Assembly: GCA_017849325.1 (NCBI GenBank)
Contig: JAFIHR010000458.1
Location: forward strand, 1-44,761
DNA length: 44,761 nt
Reading direction: 5' to 3'
From: Xanthobacter autotrophicus
GTDB lineage: Bacteria; Pseudomonadota; Alphaproteobacteria; Rhizobiales; Xanthobacteraceae
Shown: in pieces, positions 9,723 through 18,822 of the stretch
Layout of the letters: each line of letters begins with the position of its first letter
Numbering within the stretch: the stretch's first letter is position 1
Notes under the pieces: model-generated
Told to the model about the DNA's origin: nothing
The model's input: the letters and a program-made list of their open reading frames with translations, nothing else
Databases searched by the model: none
Translations under genes and position numbers: made by a program

Positions 9723-10556
9723 ATGCGACCCTGTCTGCCCCCGGAAACCGCTGCCACCGGTGAGACCGGGACCCTCGCGCCGGCCGTCAACAAGATCGCG
9801 GAAGTCACCGCCGCCTTCTGGCTCATGAAAATCATCGCCACTACCTTGGGGGAGACGGCGGGCGACTTCATCGCCCAAACCCTCGATCTCGGCTATGTCG
9901 TGGGTCTCGGCATCACCGGCGCCCTGCTGGTGGCGGTCATCTTCTTCCAGGTGCGGGCGAGATCCTTTCATCCCGCATTGTTCTGGGCGGCCATCGTCGC
10001 CACCACGACCGCGGGCACCGAAATCTCCGACATGATGGACCGCACCCTGGGCCTCGGCTATGCCAGCGGCTCCCTGGTCCTGACCGCCGGCCTGCTGGCG
10101 ACCCTCGCGGTCTGGTACAAGCGTGACGGCAATCTCAGCGTCGATCCGATCACCCGCACGGACGCGGAGATCACCTTCTGGATTGCCGTGGTCTTCTCCA
10201 ACAGCCTGGGCACCGCCTTCGGTGATTTCCTGGTGGACAATCTCGGCCTTGGATACATGATCGCCAGCGCGATCTGCACCGCCATCATCGGCGCGGTTCT
10301 GATCCTGCACTACACGCGGGCCATGAACGAGATTGCTCTGTTCTGGATCGCCTTCATCTTCACTCGGCCGTTCGGCGCCACCTTCGGCGACTTCCTGACC
10401 AAGCCCCACGCCAATGGAGGCCTCGATCTCGGCACCTACAATGCCGCCCTCGTGTGCGTTCTGCTGATGGCGGGCATCGTCGGCGCGACGCTGTGGCGAG
10501 AGAAGCGCCAGCGCGCCGCCGCGATCAGGCGGGACCCGGCGAGGGAGCGGGCCTGA
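9723..10556 (+). CDS. COG4705/DUF347 repeat membrane protein (paralog)
   Basis: NKIAEVTAAFWLMKIIATTLGETAGD...FSNSLGTAFGD...FWIAFIFTRPFGATFGDFLTKP..GGLDLGT. Confidence 0.85.
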   Translation: MRPCLPPETAATGETGTLAPAVNKIAEVTAAFWLMKIIATTLGETAGDFIAQTLDLGYVVGLGITGALLVAVIFFQVRARSFHPALFWAAIVATTTAGTEISDMMDRTLGLGYASGSLVLTAGLLATLAVWYKRDGNLSVDPITRTDAEITFWIAVVFSNSLGTAFGDFLVDNLGLGYMIASAICTAIIGAVLILHYTRAMNEIALFWIAFIFTRPFGATFGDFLTKPHANGGLDLGTYNAALVCVLLMAGIVGATLWREKRQRAAAIRRDPARERA

Positions 10557-10627
10557 GGGGTGCCGAGCCAGGTCTCGGCAGCATCCTTCGATCGGCATAG
10601 GATGCGCGACTGCATCGGAGACGGCCA

Positions 10628-11305
10628 TTGCGCATTCTGCTCGTGGAGGACGATCTCAAGACCGCCGATTACGTGCGGCAGGGCTTCGAGGAGGCCGGCC
10701 ATGTCTGCGACGTGATCGAGAACGGCGCGGACGGCCTCTTTCAGGCCACCTGCGAAACCTATGACGTGATCGTTGCCGATCGCATGCTGCCGAAGCTCGA
10801 CGGCCTCGCCATGGTCAAGGCGCTGCGGGCCGCCGGCAACCGCACGCCGGTGATCTTCCTCACCTCCGTCGGCGGCGTCGACGATCGCGTGGAAGGCCTG
10901 GAATCGGGGGGCGACGATTACCTGCTCAAGCCTTTTGCCTTTTCCGAGCTGGCCGCGCGGGTTGCCGCCCTCGCGCGCCGCCCCGCCCTGCAAGCGGAAC
11001 AAACGCGCCTCAAGGTCCATGATCTCGAACTGGATCTCATCAGGCGCCGGGTAACCCGCGCGGGCCAAGAGATCAGCCTCCAGCCGCGGGAGTTTGCGCT
11101 CTTGGAGACGCTGATGCGCGCGCAGGGGCGGGTGCTCACCCGCACAATGCTTCTGGAGAAGGTCTGGAACTTCCAGTTCGACCCCGAGACGAGCGTCATC
11201 GAGACCCATATCAGCCGCTTGCGGGCCAAGATCGACAAGCCGTTCGACATTCAGCTCCTGCGCACCGTGCGCAACACCGGCTATCTCATCGATGGCCCGC
11301 GTTGA
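10628..11305 (+). CDS. OmpR-family response regulator, CusR/CopR-like
   Basis: RILLVEDD...DRMLPKLDG...GGDDYLLKPFAFSEL...LQPREFALLE...VIETHISRLRAKID...TVRNTGY. TTG start. Confidence 0.92.
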   Translation: MRILLVEDDLKTADYVRQGFEEAGHVCDVIENGADGLFQATCETYDVIVADRMLPKLDGLAMVKALRAAGNRTPVIFLTSVGGVDDRVEGLESGGDDYLLKPFAFSELAARVAALARRPALQAEQTRLKVHDLELDLIRRRVTRAGQEISLQPREFALLETLMRAQGRVLTRTMLLEKVWNFQFDPETSVIETHISRLRAKIDKPFDIQLLRTVRNTGYLIDGPR

Positions 11306-12665
11306 ACTGTTCAGAAGCAGCGGCTTCCGGACCGCCGTGTTCTTCCTGCTCTTGTTCTTGGGGGCGGCGGCCGTAGCCGGAACGGCAGCCTACGTGATCA
11401 TCCGCCAGGAACTCGTCCATCGCCACTGGCGCGCGGTAGACCAGGACTTCGCCTTCTTCGCGGATCTCTATCAGGCGAGCGGTGAAGAAGATCTCGTCCA
11501 TACCCTTGAGACCCATGCCCGATCGGTGCGCGCGAAGGACCGGATCTACGTCCTGCGCGGGCCGGACGGCAAACTGCTCGCCGGCAACGTGGCCTTCGAG
11601 GGGGCCCTGCCGCTGCGTGGCGAAATGAGCGGCAAGGCCTTCGGCATTTCCGTGGACTACGACTATTTCGTCCGCACCGGAAAGCTGGGCGAGCTGAGCC
11701 TGCTGGTGGGCCGCAGCGCCGAGGATCTGAGCGAGATCGAGGAGGTCTTCCTCAAAGGGGCATTGTGGGCGGGGCTCGTGCTGGCCGCCATCTCGCTGGC
11801 GGGCGGCGTCGCGCTTTCCCACCGCATGAACTTGCGTATTGCGCAGATCGAGCACGCTTTGGAGAAGATCGCCCAAGGCCGCTTCGACGTGCCCATACCC
11901 AAGAGCGGCAGGGGCGACGACATCGATCGCATCGCGCGGCTCATTGATGGCGCAGTGAAGCGGCTCGGCGATACGGTGGAGGCCAACCGGCAGATCTCCT
12001 CGGATATCGCCCACGACCTCAGGACGCCCATGAGCCGACTTCGGATCAGCGTGGAGAAGGCATTGGATCTCGACACGACGGGCGCTTCCGCGAGGGCCGA
12101 GCTGGAGGAGATCGACACGGAGAGCCGCACTATCCTGGCAACCTTCGACGCCCTTCTGCGGATCGCGCAGATCGAAGCGGGCGCCCGCAAGGCGCGGTTC
12201 TCGCAGGTGGACGTGGCCGGCGCCCTTTCCGACCTGGCCGAATTCTACGCGACCCATGCGGAGGAGATGGGCGGATCCCTCAAGATGACTATCGACCCGG
12301 ACGTCCCGGCCATCCACGGCGACCGAGAGCTCCTGATCCAGTTGTTCGCCAACCTGATCGAGAACACCCTCAAGCACGCGGGTCCGCGGCCGCGGATCGA
12401 TTGCAAGGTCACGTCCGAGGGCGGCGCTGTGATTGTGCGCGTGTGCGACGATGGATCCGGCATTCCAGCCGAAGAGCGCGACAAGGTCCTGCGGCGCCTC
12501 TATCGGCTAGAGAGGAGCCGGACCACCCCGGGAACGGGCCTCGGCCTGAGCATGGTGAAGGCTATTGCCGATCTCCACGGCGCGCACCTGGCGCTGAGCG
12601 ACAACCAGCCTGGGCTCCGCGTGCAGGTGAGCTTTCCGACCCGTGAGGTAGCGCCAGGCGAATAG
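11292..12665 (+). CDS. Sensor histidine kinase (2 TM, HAMP, HisKA, HATPase)
   Basis: IAHDLRTPM (H box), NLIENTLKH (N box), DDGSGI and GTGLGLSMV (G boxes). Overlaps the response regulator. Confidence 0.92.
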   Translation: MARVELFRSSGFRTAVFFLLLFLGAAAVAGTAAYVIIRQELVHRHWRAVDQDFAFFADLYQASGEEDLVHTLETHARSVRAKDRIYVLRGPDGKLLAGNVAFEGALPLRGEMSGKAFGISVDYDYFVRTGKLGELSLLVGRSAEDLSEIEEVFLKGALWAGLVLAAISLAGGVALSHRMNLRIAQIEHALEKIAQGRFDVPIPKSGRGDDIDRIARLIDGAVKRLGDTVEANRQISSDIAHDLRTPMSRLRISVEKALDLDTTGASARAELEEIDTESRTILATFDALLRIAQIEAGARKARFSQVDVAGALSDLAEFYATHAEEMGGSLKMTIDPDVPAIHGDRELLIQLFANLIENTLKHAGPRPRIDCKVTSEGGAVIVRVCDDGSGIPAEERDKVLRRLYRLERSRTTPGTGLGLSMVKAIADLHGAHLALSDNQPGLRVQVSFPTREVAPGE

Positions 12666-13027
12666 GAGAATATTTCTGCTGGTCTTCGAGCCTTGTGCCG
12701 GCCGGGATGATCTCATCGCCACAGCGCAAGCCCCCGCACTGGCAGGAGAGCGCATTACTAACGGGCCAGGAGCGGACGGGTGCGTGCTCTCATTGCCCTG
12801 TCCGTCTCCGAACGGCGGACGGCGTCGTGCTCGTCCGCCAAACGAGCGGGTGACGTGATCCGGATCGCGCCCAGCCGAGTTCTGACGCCAGTCCGGAGAG
12901 GCGCAGATACCTGAGGTCGAGCCCATTGGTGCCCTGCTGTCTCGCCACTCCGTTGCCGAGGTGATCCATTGCACGTGAGAAAGGATCGAGCGTGTCCCGT
13001 GCCGATACTACGGAGCGCCTACCGGAC

Positions 13028-13510
13028 TCATGAATTGGCCCGCTTGAGGCGCTCGCCGGGCGCCAGCACTTCGCCGCGGAAACTCGCCACGCCAAATTCC
13101 AGGCTTTGCGCGATCATCTGCGCCTTGCTGATGAACAGGTCGGCGGCCGCAGGCGGACAGACCTCCCGCGCCGTCTCCTCGAACAGTGCGAGCCAACGGT
13201 CGAAATGGTCACCATCGACGGGCAGGCTCGCATGCGCCGGCATCGGGCGGCCGTGATAGCGTCCGCTCATCAGCGCGACCGACGACCAAAAGGCGCGCAT
13301 GCGCTTAATGTGTGAGTCCCAGTCGGAGATGCGCGCGACAAAGATGGGCCCCAGAACCACATCCATCCGGATACGGTCATAGAAGGCGTGGACAAGTCGC
13401 CCGATCATCGCCTCGTCGAGGCCAGTGCGGGCGCCGACATCCGCGGCAAAGGCCTGCCGCCGTTCGGATCCCGTTAGCCCAGGCACCTCGACTGCTCTGT
13501 CGTTCCGCAT
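13028..13510 (-). CDS. Group III (trHbP-like) truncated haemoglobin
   Basis: LVHAFYDRIRMDVVLGPIF..WDSHIKRMRAFWSSVALMSGRYHGRPMPAH..L....FDRWLALFEETA is the 2/2 globin group III pattern. Confidence 0.88.
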   Translation of the reverse strand: MRNDRAVEVPGLTGSERRQAFAADVGARTGLDEAMIGRLVHAFYDRIRMDVVLGPIFVARISDWDSHIKRMRAFWSSVALMSGRYHGRPMPAHASLPVDGDHFDRWLALFEETAREVCPPAAADLFISKAQMIAQSLEFGVASFRGEVLAPGERLKRANS

Positions 13511-13527
13511 TGGATAGCCCACCGACG

Positions 13528-13585
13528 AATTGGTATTTACATTGCTATTTCATTGCATCGATAATTGGTATTTACAATGCTGATT
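13528..13585. promoter_or_regulatory. Two NsrR-like boxes forming a direct repeat AATTGGTATTTACA(T/A)TGCT
   Basis: Copies at 13528 and 13563 (35-bp period) in the AT-rich divergent region between trHb and the Rrf2 gene. Each loosely fits the 11-1-11 NsrR format. Confidence 0.6.
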
Positions 13586-13714
13586 GCCGCAACCCTTCGC
13601 CGCACGGCGCGCGCTGAAGGCCAAGACGCGACGGCGAGGGACGAGGCGTCATAGCCACCACTGTTCGATCTCGCTTCGAGGCCTAGGCTTGTTTGACGAG
13701 GACCACAGCCCTCC

Positions 13715-14179
13715 ATGCGACTGACAGCCTTCACCGATTATGGCCTCAGAGCCCTGATGTGGCTGGCCGCCCAGCCCGACCGACTGGTGACCACCGACGA
13801 GATCGCCCAAGGGCATGGCATCTCACGCCATCACCTCGTGAAGGTCGTCCGGGAACTGGCCGAGGCAGGCCTCGTTCTCACCCAACGCGGTGGGGGCGGC
13901 GGCATGAGGCTGGCGCGCCCAGCCCATGAGATCACGATCGGCGAGGTGGTGCGCCGCCTGGAGGCGCGCCATGCGCTCGTCGAGTGCTTCCAGGCCGATG
14001 GCGGCGAATGCATCCTTGACCCCGGCTGCCGACTGAAGAGCCGGCTGAAGCGTGCCAGTGAGGCTTTCCTCTCAGATCTAGACCGCTCGACGCTCGCAGA
14101 CTGTGCTGGCCCGCTGGTGCCTGGGCTCGCGCATGCGGCGATGCGACCACAGGACACCAATGTTACGGAGAATTCCTGA
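13715..14179 (+). CDS. NsrR-like Rrf2 regulator (3 Cys)
   Basis: MRLTAFTDYGLRALMWLA...ISRHHLVKVV..L...RGGGGGMRLAR...LVECFQADGGECILDPGCRLK. Confidence 0.85.
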   Translation: MRLTAFTDYGLRALMWLAAQPDRLVTTDEIAQGHGISRHHLVKVVRELAEAGLVLTQRGGGGGMRLARPAHEITIGEVVRRLEARHALVECFQADGGECILDPGCRLKSRLKRASEAFLSDLDRSTLADCAGPLVPGLAHAAMRPQDTNVTENS

Positions 14180-14544
14180 TGCGCACTCGCCCAGATGTCA
14201 TAACGGACCTGAGAGTTGGAAAGCGTGTCGTCCATCTCGACGAGCACGGCTTCCTGATCGATCCCGAGGAATGGGATACTGACATCGCCGAGGCCCTTGC
14301 AACCCGCCAGGACATCAGGCTCACCGACGATCATTGGGACGTCATCTCGTTCATGCGCGAATTCCTCACGGAGCATGGCGTGGCGGCCGACGCGCGCTTT
14401 GTCATGCGCTTCCTCAATGATCGCGCGGCCGCACGCGGCAAGTCGGGTCGGGGTCTCTTGTTCGAACTCTTTCCCTACGGCTATGTCGGGCAGGCATGCC
14501 GGATCAGCGGCATGCGCCAGCCCCGCGCGTGGAGCACAGGCTGA
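14179..14544 (+). CDS. TusE/DsrC-family protein lacking the C-terminal catalytic Cys
   Basis: LDEHGFLIDPEEW..DIAEALA...IRLTDDHWDVISFMREF...LFELFPYGYVGQACRISGMRQPRAWSTG. TGATG coupling to the Rrf2 gene. Confidence 0.8.
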   Translation: MRTRPDVITDLRVGKRVVHLDEHGFLIDPEEWDTDIAEALATRQDIRLTDDHWDVISFMREFLTEHGVAADARFVMRFLNDRAAARGKSGRGLLFELFPYGYVGQACRISGMRQPRAWSTG

Positions 14545-14735
14545 AGCCGGAGGCGATTTACGGCCCCATTCTTGGCCATTTCCCCGACCGCCAGTGCGCA
14601 GAGCTTTCATGCCCGCCAAGAGCCGAGCTTGTTGCAAGCCGCCCGAGGCCACGTCCTTCGTGATCGCGAGCCCCTTGACCTGCGGACGCGGCGCGCTCGA
14701 TGTTAACCGCGGCTACCCCGCGAACCTGCCCTACC

Positions 14736-15656
14736 ATGCAAGACATACTGAGCGATATCTTCGACACGATCCGGCTGCGCGGCACGCTCTATTTCCGCAC
14801 GGACTATGCGCCGCCATGGGCCGTGACCGTGCCAGCTAACGACGAGACCGCGCGCTTCCATCTCATCGTGCAGGGCCGCTGCCACGTCGCGCTCACCGAC
14901 GGGCCGAGCGCCGATCTCGGGCCCGGCGATCTTGTCCTCATCACCCGCGGGCGCGAGCATACCCTCTCCGACGAGGCCGGCCGCCAGCCCGCGCCCCTTG
15001 AGGAGATCGTCAGGATCACAGGCTATGACGGCAAGGGCGTGTTTGCGGTCGGGACCGCTGCGCCCGGCGCAGCCACGCAGATGGTGTGCGGTCACTTGAG
15101 CTTCACGCGCGGCGCAGACCACCCTCTCCTGCGAGCATTGCCGCCCTTGATGGTGCTGCGGCCGGCCGACCGCACGCGCCATCCCTTGCTCGACGAGACG
15201 TTGCGGCTTGTCGCACGGCGCGCTTTTACCGATACCCTGGGAGCTGCCGCATCGATCTCCCGCCTGTCGGAGGTGTTCTTTATCGAGGCCGTGCGTGTGG
15301 CCATTGGCGAAAGTCCCGAACTGGCGGGCGTGATCACAGCCATGACGGACACTCAGATCGGCAAGGTTCTCGGCCGCATTCATGAGGCGCCGGCGGAGCT
15401 CTGGACCGTCGAGACGTTGGCGCAGGTGGCGGGTATGTCGCGCAGCCGGTTCGCTGAGCGCTTCACCGGCCTCCTGGGGATCGCACCTATGGCCTATGTG
15501 GTCGAATGGCGGCTTCAGAAAGCCCTGGCACGCCTGTCGGAAAGCGATGCCAATGTGAAGAGCGTCGCCGCCGAGGTCGGCTACAAATCGGCGGCCGCCT
15601 TCACCCGCGCCTTTGCCAGCCGGTTCGGCATGACCCCGAGCGAAGTCAGCGCATAA
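14736..15656 (+). CDS. AraC family regulator with cupin-like N-terminal domain (RclR-like)
   Basis: DILSDIFDTIRLRG...PWAV...FHLIVQGRC...MVCG...WTVETLAQVAGMSRSRFAERF...VGYKSAAAFTRAF. Confidence 0.88.
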   Translation: MQDILSDIFDTIRLRGTLYFRTDYAPPWAVTVPANDETARFHLIVQGRCHVALTDGPSADLGPGDLVLITRGREHTLSDEAGRQPAPLEEIVRITGYDGKGVFAVGTAAPGAATQMVCGHLSFTRGADHPLLRALPPLMVLRPADRTRHPLLDETLRLVARRAFTDTLGAAASISRLSEVFFIEAVRVAIGESPELAGVITAMTDTQIGKVLGRIHEAPAELWTVETLAQVAGMSRSRFAERFTGLLGIAPMAYVVEWRLQKALARLSESDANVKSVAAEVGYKSAAAFTRAFASRFGMTPSEVSA

Positions 15657-16013
15657 GAACGGCTCCGTTCCCGTTGGGTCGCCGAGGCGGTTTGATTGGG
15701 GCCATCAGGCCGTCCGCGTTCGACAAGCCAGGATTCGTGCCCGAGCATATTCTGCCGAGGCGACGCCCAGCCTCATCCCGATGGCAGCCCACGCCCCAAT
15801 CAAATGAGCTGGAGGGGCTGACCACGTGTGAGGCGAAGCGTTTCTTTGCCCGCGGGCCTGCCAGGACCGGGTTGCGGCGCGCCTATTCGGCCATTTATTT
15901 GCGGATCGTCCCAAACATTATGCCAAAAACCCGCCTCTCATTGGCGTGAATTGATACATCATCCCATATCAGGCGACATCTCTCCGTCAGCAACCGCCAA
16001 TGGAGACATCAAA

Positions 16014-16559
16014 ATGCAGCGCATTCCAGCCATTGATCCCGGCAAGGCGACGGGAGAGGTCAGGGCCACCTTGGACGTGGTCAAGTCCAAACTCGGTGGC
16101 GTTCCGAACCTCTTCACCACCATGGCCGTGGCTCCCTCGGTCCTCAACGCCTACCTCGCCTTCTCCGATGCCGTCGGCAAGGGATGTCTGTCGGTCAAGG
16201 TGCGCGAGCAGATCGCCCTCGTCACGGCCAATACCAACGGCTGCGATTATTGCGCGTCGGCCCATCAGGCCCTCGGCAAGATGGCCGGACTTTCGGCCGA
16301 GGAGATCGAAAAGGCGCTCGACGGGCAAGCTGGCGATGCCAAGACCGCGGCCGCGCTTTCTTTCGCCCAGACTGTGCTGGCCGAGCGCGGCCACGTTTCC
16401 GACACCGTGCTCGCGTCTGCGCGCGAAGTCGGCTTCTCCGACACGGAGATCCTCGAGGTCGTCGCCAATGTGGTGCTCAACATCTTCACCAATTACTTCA
16501 ACAACGTCGCCGGCACCGAGGTCGACTTCCCGCGCGTGACGACGCGCCGGGCGGCCTGA
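16014..16559 (+). CDS. AhpD/carboxymuconolactone decarboxylase family peroxidase-like protein
   Basis: REQIALVTANTNGCDYCASAH (CxxC-x3-H) and NIFTNYFNNVAGTEVDFP. RBS ggag precedes the ATG at 16014. Confidence 0.88.
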   Translation: MQRIPAIDPGKATGEVRATLDVVKSKLGGVPNLFTTMAVAPSVLNAYLAFSDAVGKGCLSVKVREQIALVTANTNGCDYCASAHQALGKMAGLSAEEIEKALDGQAGDAKTAAALSFAQTVLAERGHVSDTVLASAREVGFSDTEILEVVANVVLNIFTNYFNNVAGTEVDFPRVTTRRAA

Positions 16560-16996
16560 CCGGGTCCCTCTGATATCCGGGGACGACGGGCCATGGCCAG
16601 ACCTGCATAGTGGCTGGCCATGGTGGCCCTTCTCCTGTTTCAGGTGGTGGCCGTCGAAGCCGAAGTTGCCGCGAGTCCGTCGATGGACACCGAGCCGCCA
16701 TCAAAGGTGCCGAGCCCCAATCGCCGCAGGATTGGGCTAGCATCCGGAATTTCGCCGCGCTCAGCGAAAATCCTCGCCGAGTCAGCGTGTAAGGAGGGCG
16801 CTCTAGGGTAGGCATTTCCTATACGCTTAGATCTGCGTCGAAAATAATCCAACTGAGATACATCACGTCGGAATGGGTCTGTCCTCTGCCTCATGCGGCC
16901 TGGTGGCGATAAACTGCAGACCGCTTCACCGAGCCACGGCGACAGAGACCCGTGCGCGGCCCGATCGACAGCCTGAAGGGCTGGAGGCAGGCGGCC

Positions 16997-18310
16997 TCAA
17001 TCGTGTGCGACGTCTTTCATCACCTGCTTCCGCAAGGCCTTCAGCTCCTCAAAGCGTGCGGTGATGTCGCGGATCGTCGCCACCATGCCAGCCACGCGCC
17101 CCTCGGGATTTTTGAGGAGCACGATGGTGAACTCGAGCGAGATGCGCTTGCCGTCCTTGCGCAGGCCGGGCACGGCGAGCATGTCCCCGGCGCCATAGCG
17201 GCTTTGCCCCGATGCCACGGTCTCGCGATATCCCTGCCAATGCCGCGCGCGGAAGGGCTCGGGAATGATGATGTCCAGCGACTGGCCGAGCGCCTCCTGC
17301 TCGGTGAAGCCGAAGATGCGCTCTGCTCCGGCGCCCCACGCCACGATCGCGCCATCCGCATCGCTGGCGACTACCGCGTCTGCTGCGCTGTCGAGCAACG
17401 CCCCGCCCATCTGGTTCCGTGTCAGGGTCCCGATCACGCGCGTATGCCGCTCCGCCACCGGCTGCGCGGCGGGCGCGGCGGGCGCATATGGTGCCTCGAC
17501 GCTCTCCTCTTCGCCAAGAACGTCGGTGATCGGCCCGAAGAACTCATAGTGGAGACGTCCCACAGGAACGCCGCGCCGATGAAGGCCCTGCACCATGTCC
17601 CGGATAAAGCCGAGGGGACCGCAGACGAAATATTCGGCGTGCCCCACGGGCGCGTACGTCGCCAGCCAGTCCACTGTCAGGCGGCCGCGGAAATCGTAGT
17701 CCCGTCCCGCCTCATCCTGATCGCGCGGCCGGGAATAGAAGGTTGTCGTCGTCACCTCTCCGGCCTGTTGGGCGAGTTCGCGCACGTGATCTCGGAAGGC
17801 GTGGGTGGCGCCATTCCGCGTGCAGTGGACGTAGCGAACCTGTGCTCGGACATCGCTGCGGACGATTTCCTCCAGCAGGGCCACCATGGGTGTCAGGCCG
17901 ACGCCAGCGCTCACCAGCACGATGGGCCGATCCGCCTGCTCGGGCAGGACGAACGCGCCGCTGGGCGGCGCCACATCCAACGACATCCCCGCGACAGCTT
18001 CGTCGTGGAGCCATCGGGAGACGATGCCGTTCGCCTCACGCTTGACGGAGATACGATAGGTTTCGCCGTTAGGCGCCGTGGACACCGTATAGTTCCGCTT
18101 CTGCCGCCCCCGCGCAGGGATGTCCGCGAACAGCGTGAGGTGTTGGCCCGCCCTGTAGCGGGGCAACGGCGCGCCATCCAACGGACGCAGAATGAACGAC
18201 GTGATGATGTCGCTCTCGCGGCGACGGTCCTCGACCACGAACGGCCGTGGCCCGCGAGGGGCAGCATGCCCTGGCTCCGCGTCTCCTGCGGTGACAGTGC
18301 TTCTCATCAT
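16997..18310 (-). CDS. Flavohaemoglobin-type FAD/NAD(P)H reductase (no globin) fused to a C-terminal FixL-like PAS domain
   Basis: Reductase motifs RESDIITSF, GQHL, RNYTVS, GIVSRWLH, SAGVGLTP, CGP and HYEFFGP. A Pro/Ala linker is followed by the PAS segment DAVVASDADG..W..GAERIFGF...GQSLDIIIPEPFRARHWQGY...RKDG...IRDIT. Confidence 0.85.
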   Translation of the reverse strand: MMRSTVTAGDAEPGHAAPRGPRPFVVEDRRRESDIITSFILRPLDGAPLPRYRAGQHLTLFADIPARGRQKRNYTVSTAPNGETYRISVKREANGIVSRWLHDEAVAGMSLDVAPPSGAFVLPEQADRPIVLVSAGVGLTPMVALLEEIVRSDVRAQVRYVHCTRNGATHAFRDHVRELAQQAGEVTTTTFYSRPRDQDEAGRDYDFRGRLTVDWLATYAPVGHAEYFVCGPLGFIRDMVQGLHRRGVPVGRLHYEFFGPITDVLGEEESVEAPYAPAAPAAQPVAERHTRVIGTLTRNQMGGALLDSAADAVVASDADGAIVAWGAGAERIFGFTEQEALGQSLDIIIPEPFRARHWQGYRETVASGQSRYGAGDMLAVPGLRKDGKRISLEFTIVLLKNPEGRVAGMVATIRDITARFEELKALRKQVMKDVAHD

Positions 18311-18327
18311 GATGGACTCCCGACATA

Positions 18328-18350
18328 ATCATGCATATAATATACATGTT
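18328..18350. promoter_or_regulatory. NsrR-type operator ATCATGCATAT-A-ATATACATGTT
   Basis: 11-1-11 inverted repeat with 9/11 arm symmetry, close to the AANATGCATTT NsrR half-site, 17 bp upstream of the reductase-PAS start. Confidence 0.78.
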
Positions 18351-18469
18351 TTATGAAAGGGAAAGGCGCCGCTTTGATGTATCTGATTTTGCGGCTCATG
18401 TGACGGCTTCTGTGCGGGGGAGCCGACACCGAACCAAATATCCGCTCAACACATCGTTTGGACCCGCAG

Positions 18470-18790
18470 ATGAGCGCCTCACAATCATTGGCACTCGTGG
18501 CCATTTTACTCGCGACAATCATGCTGTCGGCAGCGAGTATAACCGTTGTTACCCAATGGACCCCGGGCACAGGCACGGAAACACTGGTGGAGGCAAACTT
18601 GGGCATGGGCGTCCTGTGCGCAGCCACCGCCTTCGCCACGACACGGCACAGCTTGCTCGTGGGTGTTGCGGCCCTGGTGGTCGGGTTTCTGGGACACGCC
18701 ACGTTCGGCGGTGCGTTCGCGCACAAGCGAGCAGTTATCTGGCTCTCCGCTCCGCTTTTCTTTGTCTATCTCGCATACGCCCGCTTCTGA
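18470..18790 (+). CDS. Small hypothetical membrane protein
   Basis: 106-aa ORF with 3-4 hydrophobic segments that fills the gap before the HPP gene. No family recognised. Confidence 0.45.
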   Translation: MSASQSLALVAILLATIMLSAASITVVTQWTPGTGTETLVEANLGMGVLCAATAFATTRHSLLVGVAALVVGFLGHATFGGAFAHKRAVIWLSAPLFFVYLAYARF

Positions 18791-18822
18791 CCATCCTCGA
18801 CGCGAAGCCATCGGAGCTGCTC

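Noticed and set aside
12666-13027. Possible IS or MITE between the kinase and trHb genes
   Set aside because: No terminal inverted repeats, target duplication or transposase fragment was found.
16560-16900. Short ORFs downstream of ahpD, including an RBS-ATG on the minus strand near 16620
   Set aside because: Possibly gene debris, but too short and not assignable to any family.
18331-18822. N-terminal extension of the HPP protein (509-aa ORF)
   Set aside because: It begins inside the NsrR box, looks non-coding, and overlaps a better small membrane ORF. TTG at 18823 has an RBS.
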